NCBI GenBank assembly: GCA_013239625.1
Contig: MU053559.1
Location: 2,524,324-2,588,323 of the forward strand
Direction: 5' to 3'
DNA from: Lama guanicoe
Taxonomy: Eukaryota
DNA length: 64,000 nucleotides
In this document: positions 24,832 through 36,350 of the stretch, piece by piece
Numbering within the stretch: the stretch's first letter is position 1
Layout: each line of letters starts with the position of its first letter
Translations under genes and position numbers: made by a program
Notes under the pieces: model-generated
Told to the model about the DNA's origin: nothing
The model's database searches: none
What the model saw: only the letters and a program-made list of their open reading frames with translations

Positions 24832-25757
24832 TAGCTAATAGGCACTTGAAAAAATGCTCAGTATCGCCAATTATCAGAGAACTGCAAATCAAAACCACAA
24901 TGAGTTATCACCTCACACTAGTCAGAATGGCCATCATTCAAAACTCCACAAATGATAAATGCTGGAGAGGGTGTGGAGAAAAGGGAACCCTCCTACACTG
25001 TTGCTGAGAATGCAGTTTGGTGCAGCCATTATGGAAAACAGTATGGAGATTCCTCAACAAACTAAAAATAAACTTACCATATGATCCAGCAATCCCACTC
25101 CTGGGCATATATCCACAGGGAACCTTAATTCAAAGAGACACCTGCATCCCAATGTTCATAGCAGCACTATTTACGATAGCCAAGACATGGAAACAGTCTA
25201 AATGTCCATCAACAGATGACTGGATAAAGAAGTGGTGATATATTTATATAATGGAATACTATTCAGCCATAAAAAAGAATGAAACAATGCCATGTGCAAC
25301 AACATATATGAACTTGGAGAATGTCATTCTAAGTGAAGTAAGCCAGAAAGAGAAAGAAAAACACCATATGATATCACTTATATGAAGAATCTAAAAAAAA
25401 GAGATAGAGAGACAAATGAACTTATTTGCAAAACAAAAACAGACTCACAGGTATAGAAAACAAACTTACGGTTACCAGGGGGGAAAGAGGGTGAGAAGGG
25501 ATAAATTGAGAGTTCTAGATTTGCAGATACTAACTAATATACATAAAATCGATAAACAACAGATACTAACTACTATATATAAAATAGATAAACAAGTTTA
25601 TACTGTATAGCACAAGGAACTATATTCAATGTCCTGTAGTAACCTATGGCGAAAAAGAATATAAAAATGAATATACGTGTGTTCCTATATGACTGAAGCA
25701 TTGTGCTGTACACCAGAAATTGACACAACAGGGTAAACTGGCTATACTTTAATTAAA
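24832..25757 (+). mobile_element. Camelid-type L1 3' end inserted into the older L1
   Basis: ORF2 C-terminus + 3'UTR; probable TSD aaaacagtatggtaca (24816-24831) / aaaccaatatggtaca (25758-25773). Confidence 0.85.
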
Positions 25758-25773
25758 AAACCAATATGGTACA

Positions 25774-28330
25774 CAAAAAACCATAACAATAAAGAAGATA
25801 TTCATAAATTTGATTACATTAATATTAAGAAGTTATGGTCCTCAGAAGACACCATAGAGTGAACATTTCAAAATGCAGAAGGGGAGAATATATTTGCAAC
25901 TCATTTAAACATAAAGGACTGGTATTCAGAATATATAAAGAACTCATACAAATCAGTAGGAAAAACACAGGCAACCTAATAGAAAAAAAAATGGGCCAAA
26001 GATTTGAACAGGTACCCCTACAAAATAGTAAATCCAAATGGCCAATAACCATATGAAAAGGTCTTCAGCCTCATTAGTAATCAGACAAATGCACAGTCAA
26101 ATCACAAGAACTACTGCTACACACCTACCAGATTGGCAAAAGTTAGCAAATATATTAATGCCATGTTGAAATGTTCGGAAGAAATTCAGAACTGAATTTC
26201 TCACACTGGGGTGGGAGTGTAAATTGGAACAAACACTTTGAAAAATACTTCAGCATTATCTCGAGATATACACAGTGACCGAGTAATTGCACTAGAGTTA
26301 GAGCCTAGAGAAACTCATGCACATGTGTACAAAGACACCTTTTTTTAAAAAAAAACTTCATACCAGCATTGTTTGTAATTGTCCCAAACTGGAAACAATC
26401 CAAATGTCCCTCAACAGTAGAATGAATAAACAATGGTGATGTGTTCATGCAGCGGGATACAACACTAGGAGGAAAATGAGCACAGGACGGCTGCAGATAA
26501 AAATGCCAATTAATCTCATGAACATAACGTTGAGTGAGAGAATCAATGTACAAAAGAATGTATTACATGGTGGGGAAGGCATAGCTCAGTGGTAGAGTGC
26601 GTGCCTAGCATGCATGAGGTCCTGGGTTCAATCCCCAGTACCTCCATTAAAATAAATCAATCAATAGCCTAATTACTTCCTCCCCCCAGAAAAGTTAAAA
26701 ATAAAAATAAATAAAATAAAAAGACACTATTTCCCACAGAGTAATTCTATCTCCATAAAATTAAAAAATAGAAAAAAACTAAATGATAATAGGTAGAGAT
26801 ATACACTTAGGTGATAAAATTGCTTTAAAAAAAAACAACAAAGTGATTATCATAAAATTCAGGATAGTAGTTAGAGAGAAGATGTGATCAGTGAGGAACC
26901 CATGGGAGGCTAGGGATGTTGCAAATATTCTATTCTTTCACCAGTGTTCACTTTTTAGTGATTTATCATCGTGAACATTTCCATTCCATAACTTTTCTCT
27001 GAGTTTGTACTACCATAAAAAGTTTTTTTAAATGCACACACACATGCGAAATCCCAATTATGATATAAATGTATAAAACCTGCTTAAAGGATGCAAATCA
27101 AACTGACAATAGTGGTGGCCTCTGGGAAAGGAAGGAAGACGAGGGCCAGGCTTTGGGGAAGGAAGTGGCCAAAGGGGACTTTGTTTTTCTTTATTTGGGG
27201 GGACATGACTTTGTTTTTCATTAAATTAATTTTAATTTAAAACTCACATTATTCATATACACTTGTGTAATTGAAGGTAAGTTTTGATGGATGTACGAAA
27301 ACAAAGAAAAAGAAAAACAAAAAGTGGGTTTCGTTCTAAAGTTTTAAAATTTTATAAAATCCTTTGTACACACAACCTACAAAAACACAGACACATCTGG
27401 AAGAAAACAAATCAAGATATTTGTTTATCTCTCAGTCATGGGACTGTGGATGGTCTTTTTTTTTTTTTTTTTTTTTATCCGGTACTTCTTAAGCATTTTA
27501 GAACAAATCCATGTATACTTAAGTTAGAAAAAATTGCAAGAATCAATAAGAAAAAATATAAACTCTCTCATAGAAAATGGATCAAGGACCAACAACAGGC
27601 ATTTCAGAAAAGAAAAACTTCAAATGACCCATCATACGTGGAAATTTAAATTAAAACGAAAATTTCTTTTTTAACCCAGACAGACAAAGATTAAAAATAT
27701 TGAGACTATCCAAAGTTGTCTAGGGTGTGAGAACAATTTCATATGTTTCTTAGCAGAGGTCCAAATGGAAGCAGCCTTTCCAGTGGTCGGGCATTTAGTC
27801 TTTTAAATATCTGCATCCTTTGACCCAGGAATTCCACTTCTAGAAAATTATCCTGAAAAAATAGTCAAGATATACAAAATGGTTTACATTCAAGAATAAT
27901 CATAGCAATATTATTTAACACCAAATATTTGAAAACAGGATAAAGCGTACAAATAAAGAATTGGTAAAAAGAAAGATGCACACACACACACACGCACACA
28001 CGCACAAGCTATACCATTATGCTATTTAAATTAGAAAGCATTTTCACAAACATTTAATAATATGGGGAAATACTAAAGATATAATATTAAGTAAATAAAG
28101 GACGACATGCAGAAATACTCCAATTTGATTCCAGGTTCAAAAATTAAAATTCAAAGGGTGTGTGTGTCTGAGGATGTACACTAAGAATGTAAGTGAATGT
28201 GTACATACATAGTAAAATGGTCTAGAAAGAAATACAATGGAATATTAACAGCAGTGTTAGTGGGTGCTTTTTATTTTCATCTTTGTGCTTTTCTAGATTT
28301 CCAGATTCTCTTCGATGAACCCATTAGAAA
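25774..28330 (+). mobile_element. Ancient L1ME-type fragments
   Basis: KGLVFRIYKELIQI; aaactggaaacaatccaaatgtccctcaacagtagaatg; several degenerate L1ME 3' ends at ~26730-27290 and ~27520-28330. Confidence 0.75.
26569..26722 (+). mobile_element. tRNA-derived camelid SINE
   Basis: atagctcagtggtagagtgcgtgcctagcatgcatgaggtcctgggttcaatccccagtacctcc plus tail. Confidence 0.93.
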
Positions 28331-28457
28331 TAAACACATATTTTTTTATCATTTAACTAAAGAGAAATTGTCAAAAGAAACTAATATTAATTGAATCTTA
28401 TAAAAATATGTTAATATACTAGGGGATTCGCATGGTCTTCTTCAAATCTTTTTTTCC

Positions 28458-28522
28458 CATTTTTTTAAATTGAAGTATAGTTGATTTACAATGTTGTATT
28501 AGTTTCTGGTGTAAACACATAT
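28458..28522 (-). mobile_element. Very short L1 3' terminus
   Basis: ttttaaattgaagtatagttgatttacaatgttgtattagtttctggtgta. Confidence 0.75.
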
Positions 28523-29503
28523 TTTTAAATGTTTAAAACTTTAGAATAAAACTGACCGTGATGCAGCAGTCTGATGATTTCTTTTGTAAAAATTACTTCT
28601 GACATTCTAACTACTTTCGTGCCTCCCTCCAGCCAACTCTGTAATTCACTCTGATCTCACCCGGAGCCTCTTCCTCGCTCTGTAAATCTTGCACTGGCTT
28701 TTAGCCAAGAGTAATAAAACCTGACCTGACCTGATCTGAAAGTTCAGTCCGTGGTAACAAAAAGAATTTATATCATTACTCTGCTAAATGCTCCTTCCTT
28801 CCTACCACAAACCCTGCTATTTTTGAACTGCTGTCCACATTCCTAAATTATGTTGACCATCAGGGACTCATGGGCCAACTGTTAAGATATCTATCGATCT
28901 GAACCTGCCATGCCTGTTAACATTAGCATGTCATGAAATATATATATATTGTAAATGATAACTTCATGTAAGTGAAATGTCAGTCTTCATAAATATTAGA
29001 AGAAGTATGCTTCATGTGGCTCGTTTCTTTCCCATGGGGTCCCAAAGCTGAATTAATCAGAAACAGGTCACTTGACACCAGAGGCTTGTGAAGAGTGGTA
29101 GAAAATTCAAAATAATAATCACCTCACCGGAGCTCTCTTTTTGCAAATACTAGGAACTCTAAAGACAGAATTCATCTCTTATTTTCAGCCATGATTCCTG
29201 ACCATGTTAAATACAACAGCGATTATTAGCTGTAATTCACTAAGCACTCACGAGTATTTATTGAGGGTCCTAGGCACTCAGTATACATCAGTGAACAAAA
29301 AGAGATCTCTGTCCTCGCGGTGCCTATATTCTAGTCAAGGAGACAAATTATAAAGAAACAAAAAAGGAAATCAATGGTATTATGTGTTAGCCCGTGATTA
29401 ATGCTATGAAAAAATAGAGCAAGGTAAAGGAGATATAGAAGTGTAGAGGGTGGGGCATGGTTTGTAAGCAGAAGTACAGGACAAGGCTTATTGAGAAGGT
29501 GAG

Positions 29504-29852
29504 TATGGGATGTCCAGAATCCTCTTTGAGGAATGAGTTGTTGCCCTGGCTTCTGGAAATGCTGACAACCCCAACAGGGATTGCTTCAGCTGACCTTGCC
29601 TCACCCAAGGTCAACCTTAATCAAAGACTGGCTCTTTCAGCCCAACGGAGGACAATTCTGATGGCCATCTTGGCTCCAGAGCTCACTGTAGGACTGGTTG
29701 AGGGTCATCAGGCCAGCTTCACATCTTGGCTGCTCCCTCTGCTCCTTCTCCTCCCTTCCATGCATGTTGATACCAAGAGCACTCCCTAGTAAACATCTGA
29801 CATGCCAAGCATCATCTCAGAGTTTGTTTCCCTTAGTACCCAACCCACAACA
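29504..29852 (+). mobile_element. ERVL LTR16A-like solo LTR
   Basis: gcctcacccaaggtca...ggccatcttggctccagagctc...gagcactccctagtaaac...atctcagagtttgtttcc...caaca; flanks gtgag/gtgac. Confidence 0.75.
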
Positions 29853-30138
29853 GTGACATTTGACCAAAGGTTTGAAGGAGATAAAGGCATGGCATGAATC
29901 ATACACAAATCTTGAGGAAGAATATTCCAGAGGGCACAGCCAGTGCAAAGGACCTGAGGCAGAAGAATGCCAGGAAGGGTCAAAGAATAGGAAGACCAAT
30001 GAGGTTGGAGTGGAGTGTGTTTCAAGGAATTAGCAGGAAATAAAGATTTGGCTTTTACTCAACATGAGATGGAAAATCAAGGGAGGATTTCAACTAGAGT
30101 TATGACATGATCTGACTTTCTAAAAAATTACCCTAGCT

Positions 30139-30300
30139 GGGGGAGAGTATAGGTCAGTGGTAGAGCACATGCTTAGTAGCATGAGGTCCTGAATTCAATC
30201 CCCAGTGCCTCCATTAAAATAAATAAGTAAATAAGTAAACCTAATTACCTCCCCTGCAAAAAATAAATAAATAAATAAATAAATAAATAAAATATTTTTT
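30139..30300 (+). mobile_element. tRNA-derived camelid SINE
   Basis: tRNA head + (TAAA)n; 18-bp TSD aaaaaattaccctagctg (30122-30139) / aaaaaatcaccctagctg (30301-30318). Confidence 0.93.
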
Positions 30301-30638
30301 AAAAAATCACCCTAGCTGCTCTCTGCTGTGTAAAGAACACACTGTAGAATACAATATGGAAGCAAGAGACTAGTTAGGAGGCTATTAAAGTAATCCAGGA
30401 GTGAGCAATGATGGTAGCTTGGTCCACGGAGGTGGTGGTGAAGGTAGAGAGAAGTGGTCAGATTCTAGAGACATTCTAAAGGCACAGCAAGGTTTCCAGG
30501 ATTTCCCAATGGACTGGATGGAGAATTTATGAGAAAGAGCAGAGTTCGTGTTTGAGCATGTTAAACTTGGGATGTTTAAGTGGAGATGTTTATTATGGTT
30601 CATAATAGAATTTTAGCCTTCAGAAAAGAGGCTGAGAG

Positions 30639-31253
30639 CCAGGAATCCCACTCCTGGGCATAAATCCAGAAGGAACCCTACTTCAAAATGACCCCTGCAC
30701 CCCAATGTTCACAGCAGCACTATTTACAATAGCAAGACATGGAAACAGCCTAAATGTCCATCGACAGATGACTGGATAAAGAAGCTGTGGTATATTTATA
30801 CAATGGAATACTATTCAGCCATAAAAACTGACAACATAACACCATTTGCAGCAACGTGGATGTTCCTGGAGAATGTCATTCTGAGTGAAGTAAGTCAGAA
30901 AGAGAAAGAAAAATACCATATGAGATTGTCATATGTGGAATCTAAAAAACAAAAAACATTAATACAAAACAGAAACAGACTCATAGACATAGAATACAAA
31001 CTTGTGGTTGCCAAGGGGGTGGGGGGTGGGAAGGGACAGACTGGGATTTCAAAATGTAGAATAGATAAACAAGATTATACTGCATAGCACAGGGAAATAT
31101 ATACAAGGTCTTGTGGTAGCTCACAGCGAAAAAAAAATGTGACAATGAATATATGTATGTTCATGTATAACTGAAAAATTGTGCTCTACACTGGAATTTG
31201 ACACAACATTGTAAAATGACTATAACTCAATAAAAAAAAAGTTAAAAAAAAAA
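30639..31253 (+). mobile_element. Young camelid-type L1 3' end
   Basis: Perfect 17-bp TSD agaaaagaggctgagag at 30622-30638 and 31254-31270; intact A-tail. Confidence 0.96.
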
Positions 31254-31310
31254 AGAAAAGAGGCTGAGAGACAACATTGTATTTAAACCCACGCACCATT
31301 TGTCTTTAAG

Positions 31311-31444
31311 CAAGGTAACCATACATCCTGGTGTCCTCAGTAGAGACCAAATTTACATCTATTGTCCCAGGGTAAAGATGAACAACATCCCCTTCAGCTT
31401 TCAAGTATATCTTGGTTTGGACAATAAATGAAAAGGTCACCTTG
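31311..31444. mobile_element. MER94-like hAT-Blackjack MITE
   Basis: 134 bp with terminal inverted repeats caaggtaacc / ggtcaccttg; internal ttgtcccaggg, ggtttggacaataaat. Confidence 0.8.
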
Positions 31445-31561
31445 TTAATAGCATTTTGATGATGGAATCTGAGCCTATTCATCCATGCAACTCCCATAGT
31501 GCCTAGCGCAGTGCCAGGCACATAGTAAGTGATCATAAACATGTAATGACAAGTTGTGACC

Positions 31562-31606
31562 TAAGTATTTTTAAGTATTAAGTATTTTTAAGTATTAAGT
31601 ATTAAG
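31562..31606. repeat. Short tandem repeat of taagtat(ttt)
   Basis: taagtatttt taagtat taagtatttt taagtat taagtat taag. Confidence 0.85.
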
Positions 31607-32242
31607 AAGTGTGTGTGTGATCTCCCCTTGCTGAGAGAACGTGTCTTGTCCTAAAAGCAAGGAAAAGCTTAGAGACTGAGTAGAACAGAATCACCCTTTT
31701 CCCTTCTCCCATCCATCAGACGGATGCCTCACAGACCGCATGGAATGACACTCTGGGACCCCTGATATAGCTCCAATAACTGATTGGAAGATGAGTTCCC
31801 TCTGGCAGAGGAAAGAGTCCTTGGACTCAGAATCAAGAGACAGGAACTCCAGTTTCAATTTGGCCCTAATAAGAAATTCTCATACTGGTTCCAGACTACA
31901 GCCTTTTACATTCACAGGTGACTTCAGGTGAGACAGGTCGCTTCTACGCGCCCTCATCTGAAGATGGGGAGGCTAGCGCAAGGTCATCTCCTAGGCCCCT
32001 CCTAGCTCTCAGAATCAGGGCTGACCCAGACACTATTCTAAATTAATAACAGATCACATCAGTGTTTATTGCTGCTTTCAGACTTCTGAGCCAAAATGCA
32101 ATGGACAAGGCTGGAATAACTAAATCACCATTTCAACAGGTTTGAAATCCTAGGAGACTGTTTTAATAAAAACGTTCAGTCTAGGGCAACAGCTGCCCCA
32201 GAGAAGACACACTTCTTTGGTGCTTGGCATGATTCCTTATTA

Positions 32243-32412
32243 CAAAGCTTCTCCAACTTGAGTGAGCGTGAACTCACCTGTTGGGCTTGTGAAACTACAG
32301 TCAAAATGCAGTTTCTGATTCCCTAGATCTGGGTTAGGTCCTGAAAATATACATTTCTAACAAGTCCCCAGATGCTACTGCTGCTGGCGGTCCAGGAACC
32401 ACACTTGAAGGG
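32243..32412. mobile_element. MER5A hAT MITE
   Basis: gtttctgattccctagatctggg...catttctaacaagtccccagatgctactgctgctggcggtccaggaaccacactt. Confidence 0.8.
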
Positions 32413-32689
32413 CCTTATTACATTGTGGCTCATCGAAAGCAACTTTGAGGAGAAAAGAAAGAAATTCTTTAAAATAAAAACAAACACAGATTTTCAAAAT
32501 AAAAGAGCTCTAGAAGCAGGCTTTTATTTCAGACTTTGTCTGATACCATCTCCTGGTTCCCTTCTCACATATCCTCTTGGTGGGGACCTGTGTTCACTTG
32601 TTACACTGATTCCAGCTGGGAAAGGATGTCTTTCTTCAGAGGAGTCTGGTTTTCTTCCTCCCTCAGCTCTTATGTGTTAATCCTAGGTC

Positions 32690-33000
32690 TCATTAGCCCT
32701 TGGAATGCATCCCAGTTTAGCATCAGCTGCAAATTTAATTAATGTCCCAAGTAATCCTTCTTCACAGCACGGAATAAGATGCTCATGAAAGCAGGGACAA
32801 ACCTAGTCTCCCTATTCCTCCTGCTCTTACCTGCCGTTATCAGCCCTCGTTCCTAGTATCCTAGCTGTTCTTAGCGAATTCCCAGCTCCAATCCAATAGG
32901 AATCCCATTTGTAGGGGATGCCATTTCTCATTCTTTACATCAGCTGGACATCTGTGATTTGATAAGACTCTGATTTGAAGTGGGAGTTTCCACCCTGGTT
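32690..33000 (-). mobile_element. CR1/L3 LINE RT relic
   Basis: Minus strand of 32710-32745 reads TLIKFAADAKLG, a degenerate CR1 LIKFADDTKLG catalytic motif. Confidence 0.6.
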
Positions 33001-33082
33001 TACTCCTGAGTTATACAAGCTATTCACCACTGTTTACTTGGGCTACTCAAGAGGCTTCACCCCAAAAAATATTCTAAAAAGA

Positions 33083-33212
33083 GGGGGAAGGGTATAGCTC
33101 AAGTGGTAGAGCACATGCTTAGCATGCACAAGGTTCTGGGTTCAATCCCCAGTGCCTCCTCTAAAAATCAATAAATAAACCTAATTACATCCCCCTTCAA
33201 AGAAAAAAATTT
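33083..33212 (+). mobile_element. tRNA-derived camelid SINE
   Basis: gggtatagctcaagtggtagagcacatgcttagcatgcacaaggttctgggttcaatcccc. Confidence 0.93.
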
Positions 33213-33527
33213 TAAAGAGGCCCCTGATGTGACCATCTATCAAACAAGCCAATGTAGGAAATGATCAGATTCAGAAACAGGTGGAGTGCAAGCATGCAAT
33301 GTAGGGATATATTAGGAGCACCCCTCTGGGGGTAAATGATCCCAAAGACCCCACCGAATCACCCACGTGGGATCTTTACTGACACAAAGCACCCAGCCTA
33401 CTCCCTCCCCGTCCACCCCCGTATCAAAGCTACCAAAATCAAATTCACTCTCATACAATTTAGCATTTCATCTTGTTCAAATCCATCGGGGTTAACAATA
33501 ACCTTCTTTTAAGGCTCTCACATTAGA

Positions 33528-33707
33528 ACAGTGCTCTCAAAGTTGGCAGCTCCGTAGAATCACTCAGGGAGCTTTATAAATCTTTAAGCCCAGGCCACAC
33601 TCCACACTAATTAAATCTAAATCTCTTTGAATGGAACCCAGGCATCAGAATTTTTTTTTTAACTCCCTAGTCAACTCCATGCGCAGCCAAGGTTAAGAAT
33701 CACTGCA
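33528..33707. mobile_element. MER5A1/MER5B-like MITE
   Basis: cagtgctctcaaagttggc...agaatcactcagggagcttt...gcagccaaggttaagaatcactg. Confidence 0.8.
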
Positions 33708-33930
33708 TTCGAGTGGATTTGCACAACTTTATTCATTCTAACCCTCATCCAAGGCGTTGCTCTTCACTGAGGAATTGGGAGATTTAATTGGGGAGGATGA
33801 TCTTTCATTGAAGGAGAACTCTTAGGAGAAGGGTAAGACCAATGAGGACACATGCTGGGCTAGAGAAAAAGGGAAGGGGACTAGGAGGTGCCAGTGGTTG
33901 CAGGGAAGGCATTAAAGCATCTTAGGCCAA

Positions 33931-34290
33931 GGGAGAAGTATAGCTCAGTGGCAGAGCACATGCTTAACATGCACAAGGTCCTGGGTTCAATCCCCAGTGC
34001 CTCCATTTATATATATATTTTTTAAAATATTGATTAAAAATTATATATTAATTAATACATATAATAAAATATATTAATAAATATTAATACAATATAAATA
34101 TATTAAAATATATAATATATTAATGAATATATTAATAAATATGAATATATAAATAAAATTAATAAATTATAATAATATAATAATACCTCTGATAATAATG
34201 AATATAAATAAAATTATTAGTAATAAATATAAATAAAAATATATTAATAAATAAAATACATTAATAAAATAATATATATATATTTTTTAA
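33931..34290 (+). mobile_element. tRNA-derived SINE head with ~280 bp almost pure A/T tail
   Basis: tRNA head 33931-34004, then AT-rich low complexity to 34290. Confidence 0.88.
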
Positions 34291-34757
34291 GTATCCGGGA
34301 CTATTTCAGCCACAGCCTTAACTGTAAACTTCTAAGTCTGAACTGCTTTTTGCCCTTCCATCTGCCTCAGCCGGTGGAGCCAGGAGCTCATGAGTGCCAA
34401 GCTGATTGTTTGCTCCCCAGGTAAGTTAGTCACCCCTCAGGCCACCCCTTTGGCTCCGGTCACTGCTCTCATGAGTGGTGACTGTTGCTCGCAAAGAGAG
34501 CTGAGGAAGGAAATGTAGCTGATCCAGCACACTGAGACCCCAGCTCAAACAACATCCCAAGTGCAGGCCCCTGGTAAACCCTTCATGTCAACTTCAAAGA
34601 CAAAGCTAACTTGTTCATTCATTCATTTGGCTGTGTCCTCTCTGTTCAGAAATAACTCTGCCTTCCAGCTCATTTCCCTTAGGATCATCCTCCCAACAGC
34701 CAGCCTCTTAAAATCACTACCTCTGAGGTCCCCTCAGCACTGCTTTCTTTGCGTTCC

Positions 34758-35186
34758 TGTTATGAATTGAATTTTGTGCCCCTAAAATTCACGTGTTGAT
34801 GTCCTGGTCCCCCACATCTCGGAGTGTGACCTTGTTTACTGATGTAATTAGTTAAGATGAGGTCATACTGGAGTAAGGAGGACCTTTAATCCAATAGGAT
34901 TGTTATCTTTTTAAAGAAGGGAAATTTGAAGACAGAGATACAGAGAGAGAATGCCGTGTGTGAGGTTAAGGGCAGAAATCAGAGTGATGCTTCTATAAGC
35001 CGAGGGATGCCAAAGATGGCCAGCAAACCATCAGAAGCAAAGGAAGAGGCATAGAACAGATTCTCCCTCACAGCTCTCAGAGGGAACCGATCCTGCTGAC
35101 ACTCAGGCTACTCATCTCCAGAACTCTGAGAACATCCATTTCTGTCTGTGGTGCTTTGTTACAGCAGCTCTTAGCAAACTAATCCA
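34758..35186 (+). mobile_element. MaLR LTR (MLT1B/C)
   Basis: tgttatgaattgaattttgtgcccc...gttaagatgaggtcatactggagta...tttgttacagcagctcttagcaaactaatcca; flanks gttcc/gtttc. Confidence 0.9.
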
Positions 35187-35379
35187 GTTTCATTTCCAAA
35201 CCGACCCAGAGAAGTTTGTCTTAAGGGACTGTCACTGGTCAGAACATTCTGGTTGTTCTTCGGACGAAGGCTTTCTTCTATTTTCCTCAGAGCACTTCCA
35301 TGAACTTTTACTTAATTTACCTATTTATGCGTTTATGGTCTATCTTTCCCCCACTTCTCAAGGCTGAGCTCCCTGAGAG

Positions 35380-35620
35380 GTAGTGTGGCCCCACAATTGG
35401 GAGCGCCACCTCAGAAGCCAGGCTGGGTTGAGTACCGGCCCATCGCTAACTCTGTGACCTTGAGGGAAGGTTATTTAAGCTTTCTGTGCCTCAGTTTCCT
35501 CATCTGTAAAATAGGGGTTTTATATATCAGGTTCCGCATCCGTTTCTGGTAAAGATTAAGCAAGACAGTTTGCCTTGGAGGCATTATAAACACTATGCAA
35601 ATGTTAACTGTCACTACTGA
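35380..35620 (+). mobile_element. MIR SINE nested in an L2 3' end (L2 pieces at 35270-35380 and 35660-35712)
   Basis: tgtgaccttgagggaaggttatttaagctttctgtgcctcagtttcctcatctgtaaaatagggg; cagtgcctggcacgtagtaggtgctcaggaaatatttgttg. Confidence 0.85.
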
Positions 35621-36120
35621 GGGCAGAAGCATTGACAACTGCATTCAGCCTGGGACATGCAATGTTGTTAACAGTGCCTGGCACGTAGTAGGTGCTCAGG
35701 AAATATTTGTTGGGGGACTGCACATTTGACTCCAATGGATTAGTATACACACCATTCAGCCTTGCAAGGGATTTCTTGCTCACTTATCCTTGAAGACTAA
35801 CAATTTAGGTTGAGCAAGTAGCAAAGACCATGAATTACTGTCTATATGTCCTCTTAATTTTGAAGGGGCTAGAAAATCTATGTTATAGGCTATTTCATTT
35901 CTTTTCCAATATTTGCAAATTTTTTTAATGGCTGCCTTTTTGAGATTTCCCTTGCTACTCAAACTCCTATTCAAATCAGCCTAAGTGTGCTTAAATATCT
36001 AGCTGAAATGCCTAGCTGAAGTATCATTCAATTAATTTCCCATGGTGATATAAGTAACTTGACTGGTGAGTCAAAGCAGGCACATTATCTAGTAAGAGAA
36101 AAACGAAAAAGGCAAAGAAA

Positions 36121-36350
36121 GGGTGGGGCTACAGCTGAGGGGTAGAGTGTATGCTTAGCATACATGAGGTCCTGGGTTCAATCTTTTTAATTTAAAATTT
36201 TAAATTATTATTTAAAAAGACACATTCCCCAATCTTCATAGCAACACTATTTATAATAACCAAGATATAGAAACAACCTAAATGTCCATCGACAGATGAA
36301 TGGATAAAGAAGATGTGATAGATATATATTATATATACAATTTTAAAAAA
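36121..36350 (+). mobile_element. 3'-truncated tRNA SINE followed by a short L1 ORF2-end fragment
   Basis: tagagtgtatgcttagcatacatgaggtcctgggttcaatc; then caacctaaatgtccatcgacagatgaatggataaagaagatgtg. Confidence 0.8.

Larger units (their letters stand above)
29235..30600 (-). mobile_element. L2a LINE interrupted by LTR16 and a SINE
   Basis: gtatttattgagggtcc...cagtgaacaaaaagag; gtgacatttgaccaaagg; aggaggctattaaagtaatccaggagtgagcaatgatggtagcttgg. Confidence 0.85.

Noticed and set aside
31562..31606. Short direct repeats as a CRISPR-like array
   Set aside because: Simple tandem repeat with no unique spacers, in a mammalian context with no cas genes.
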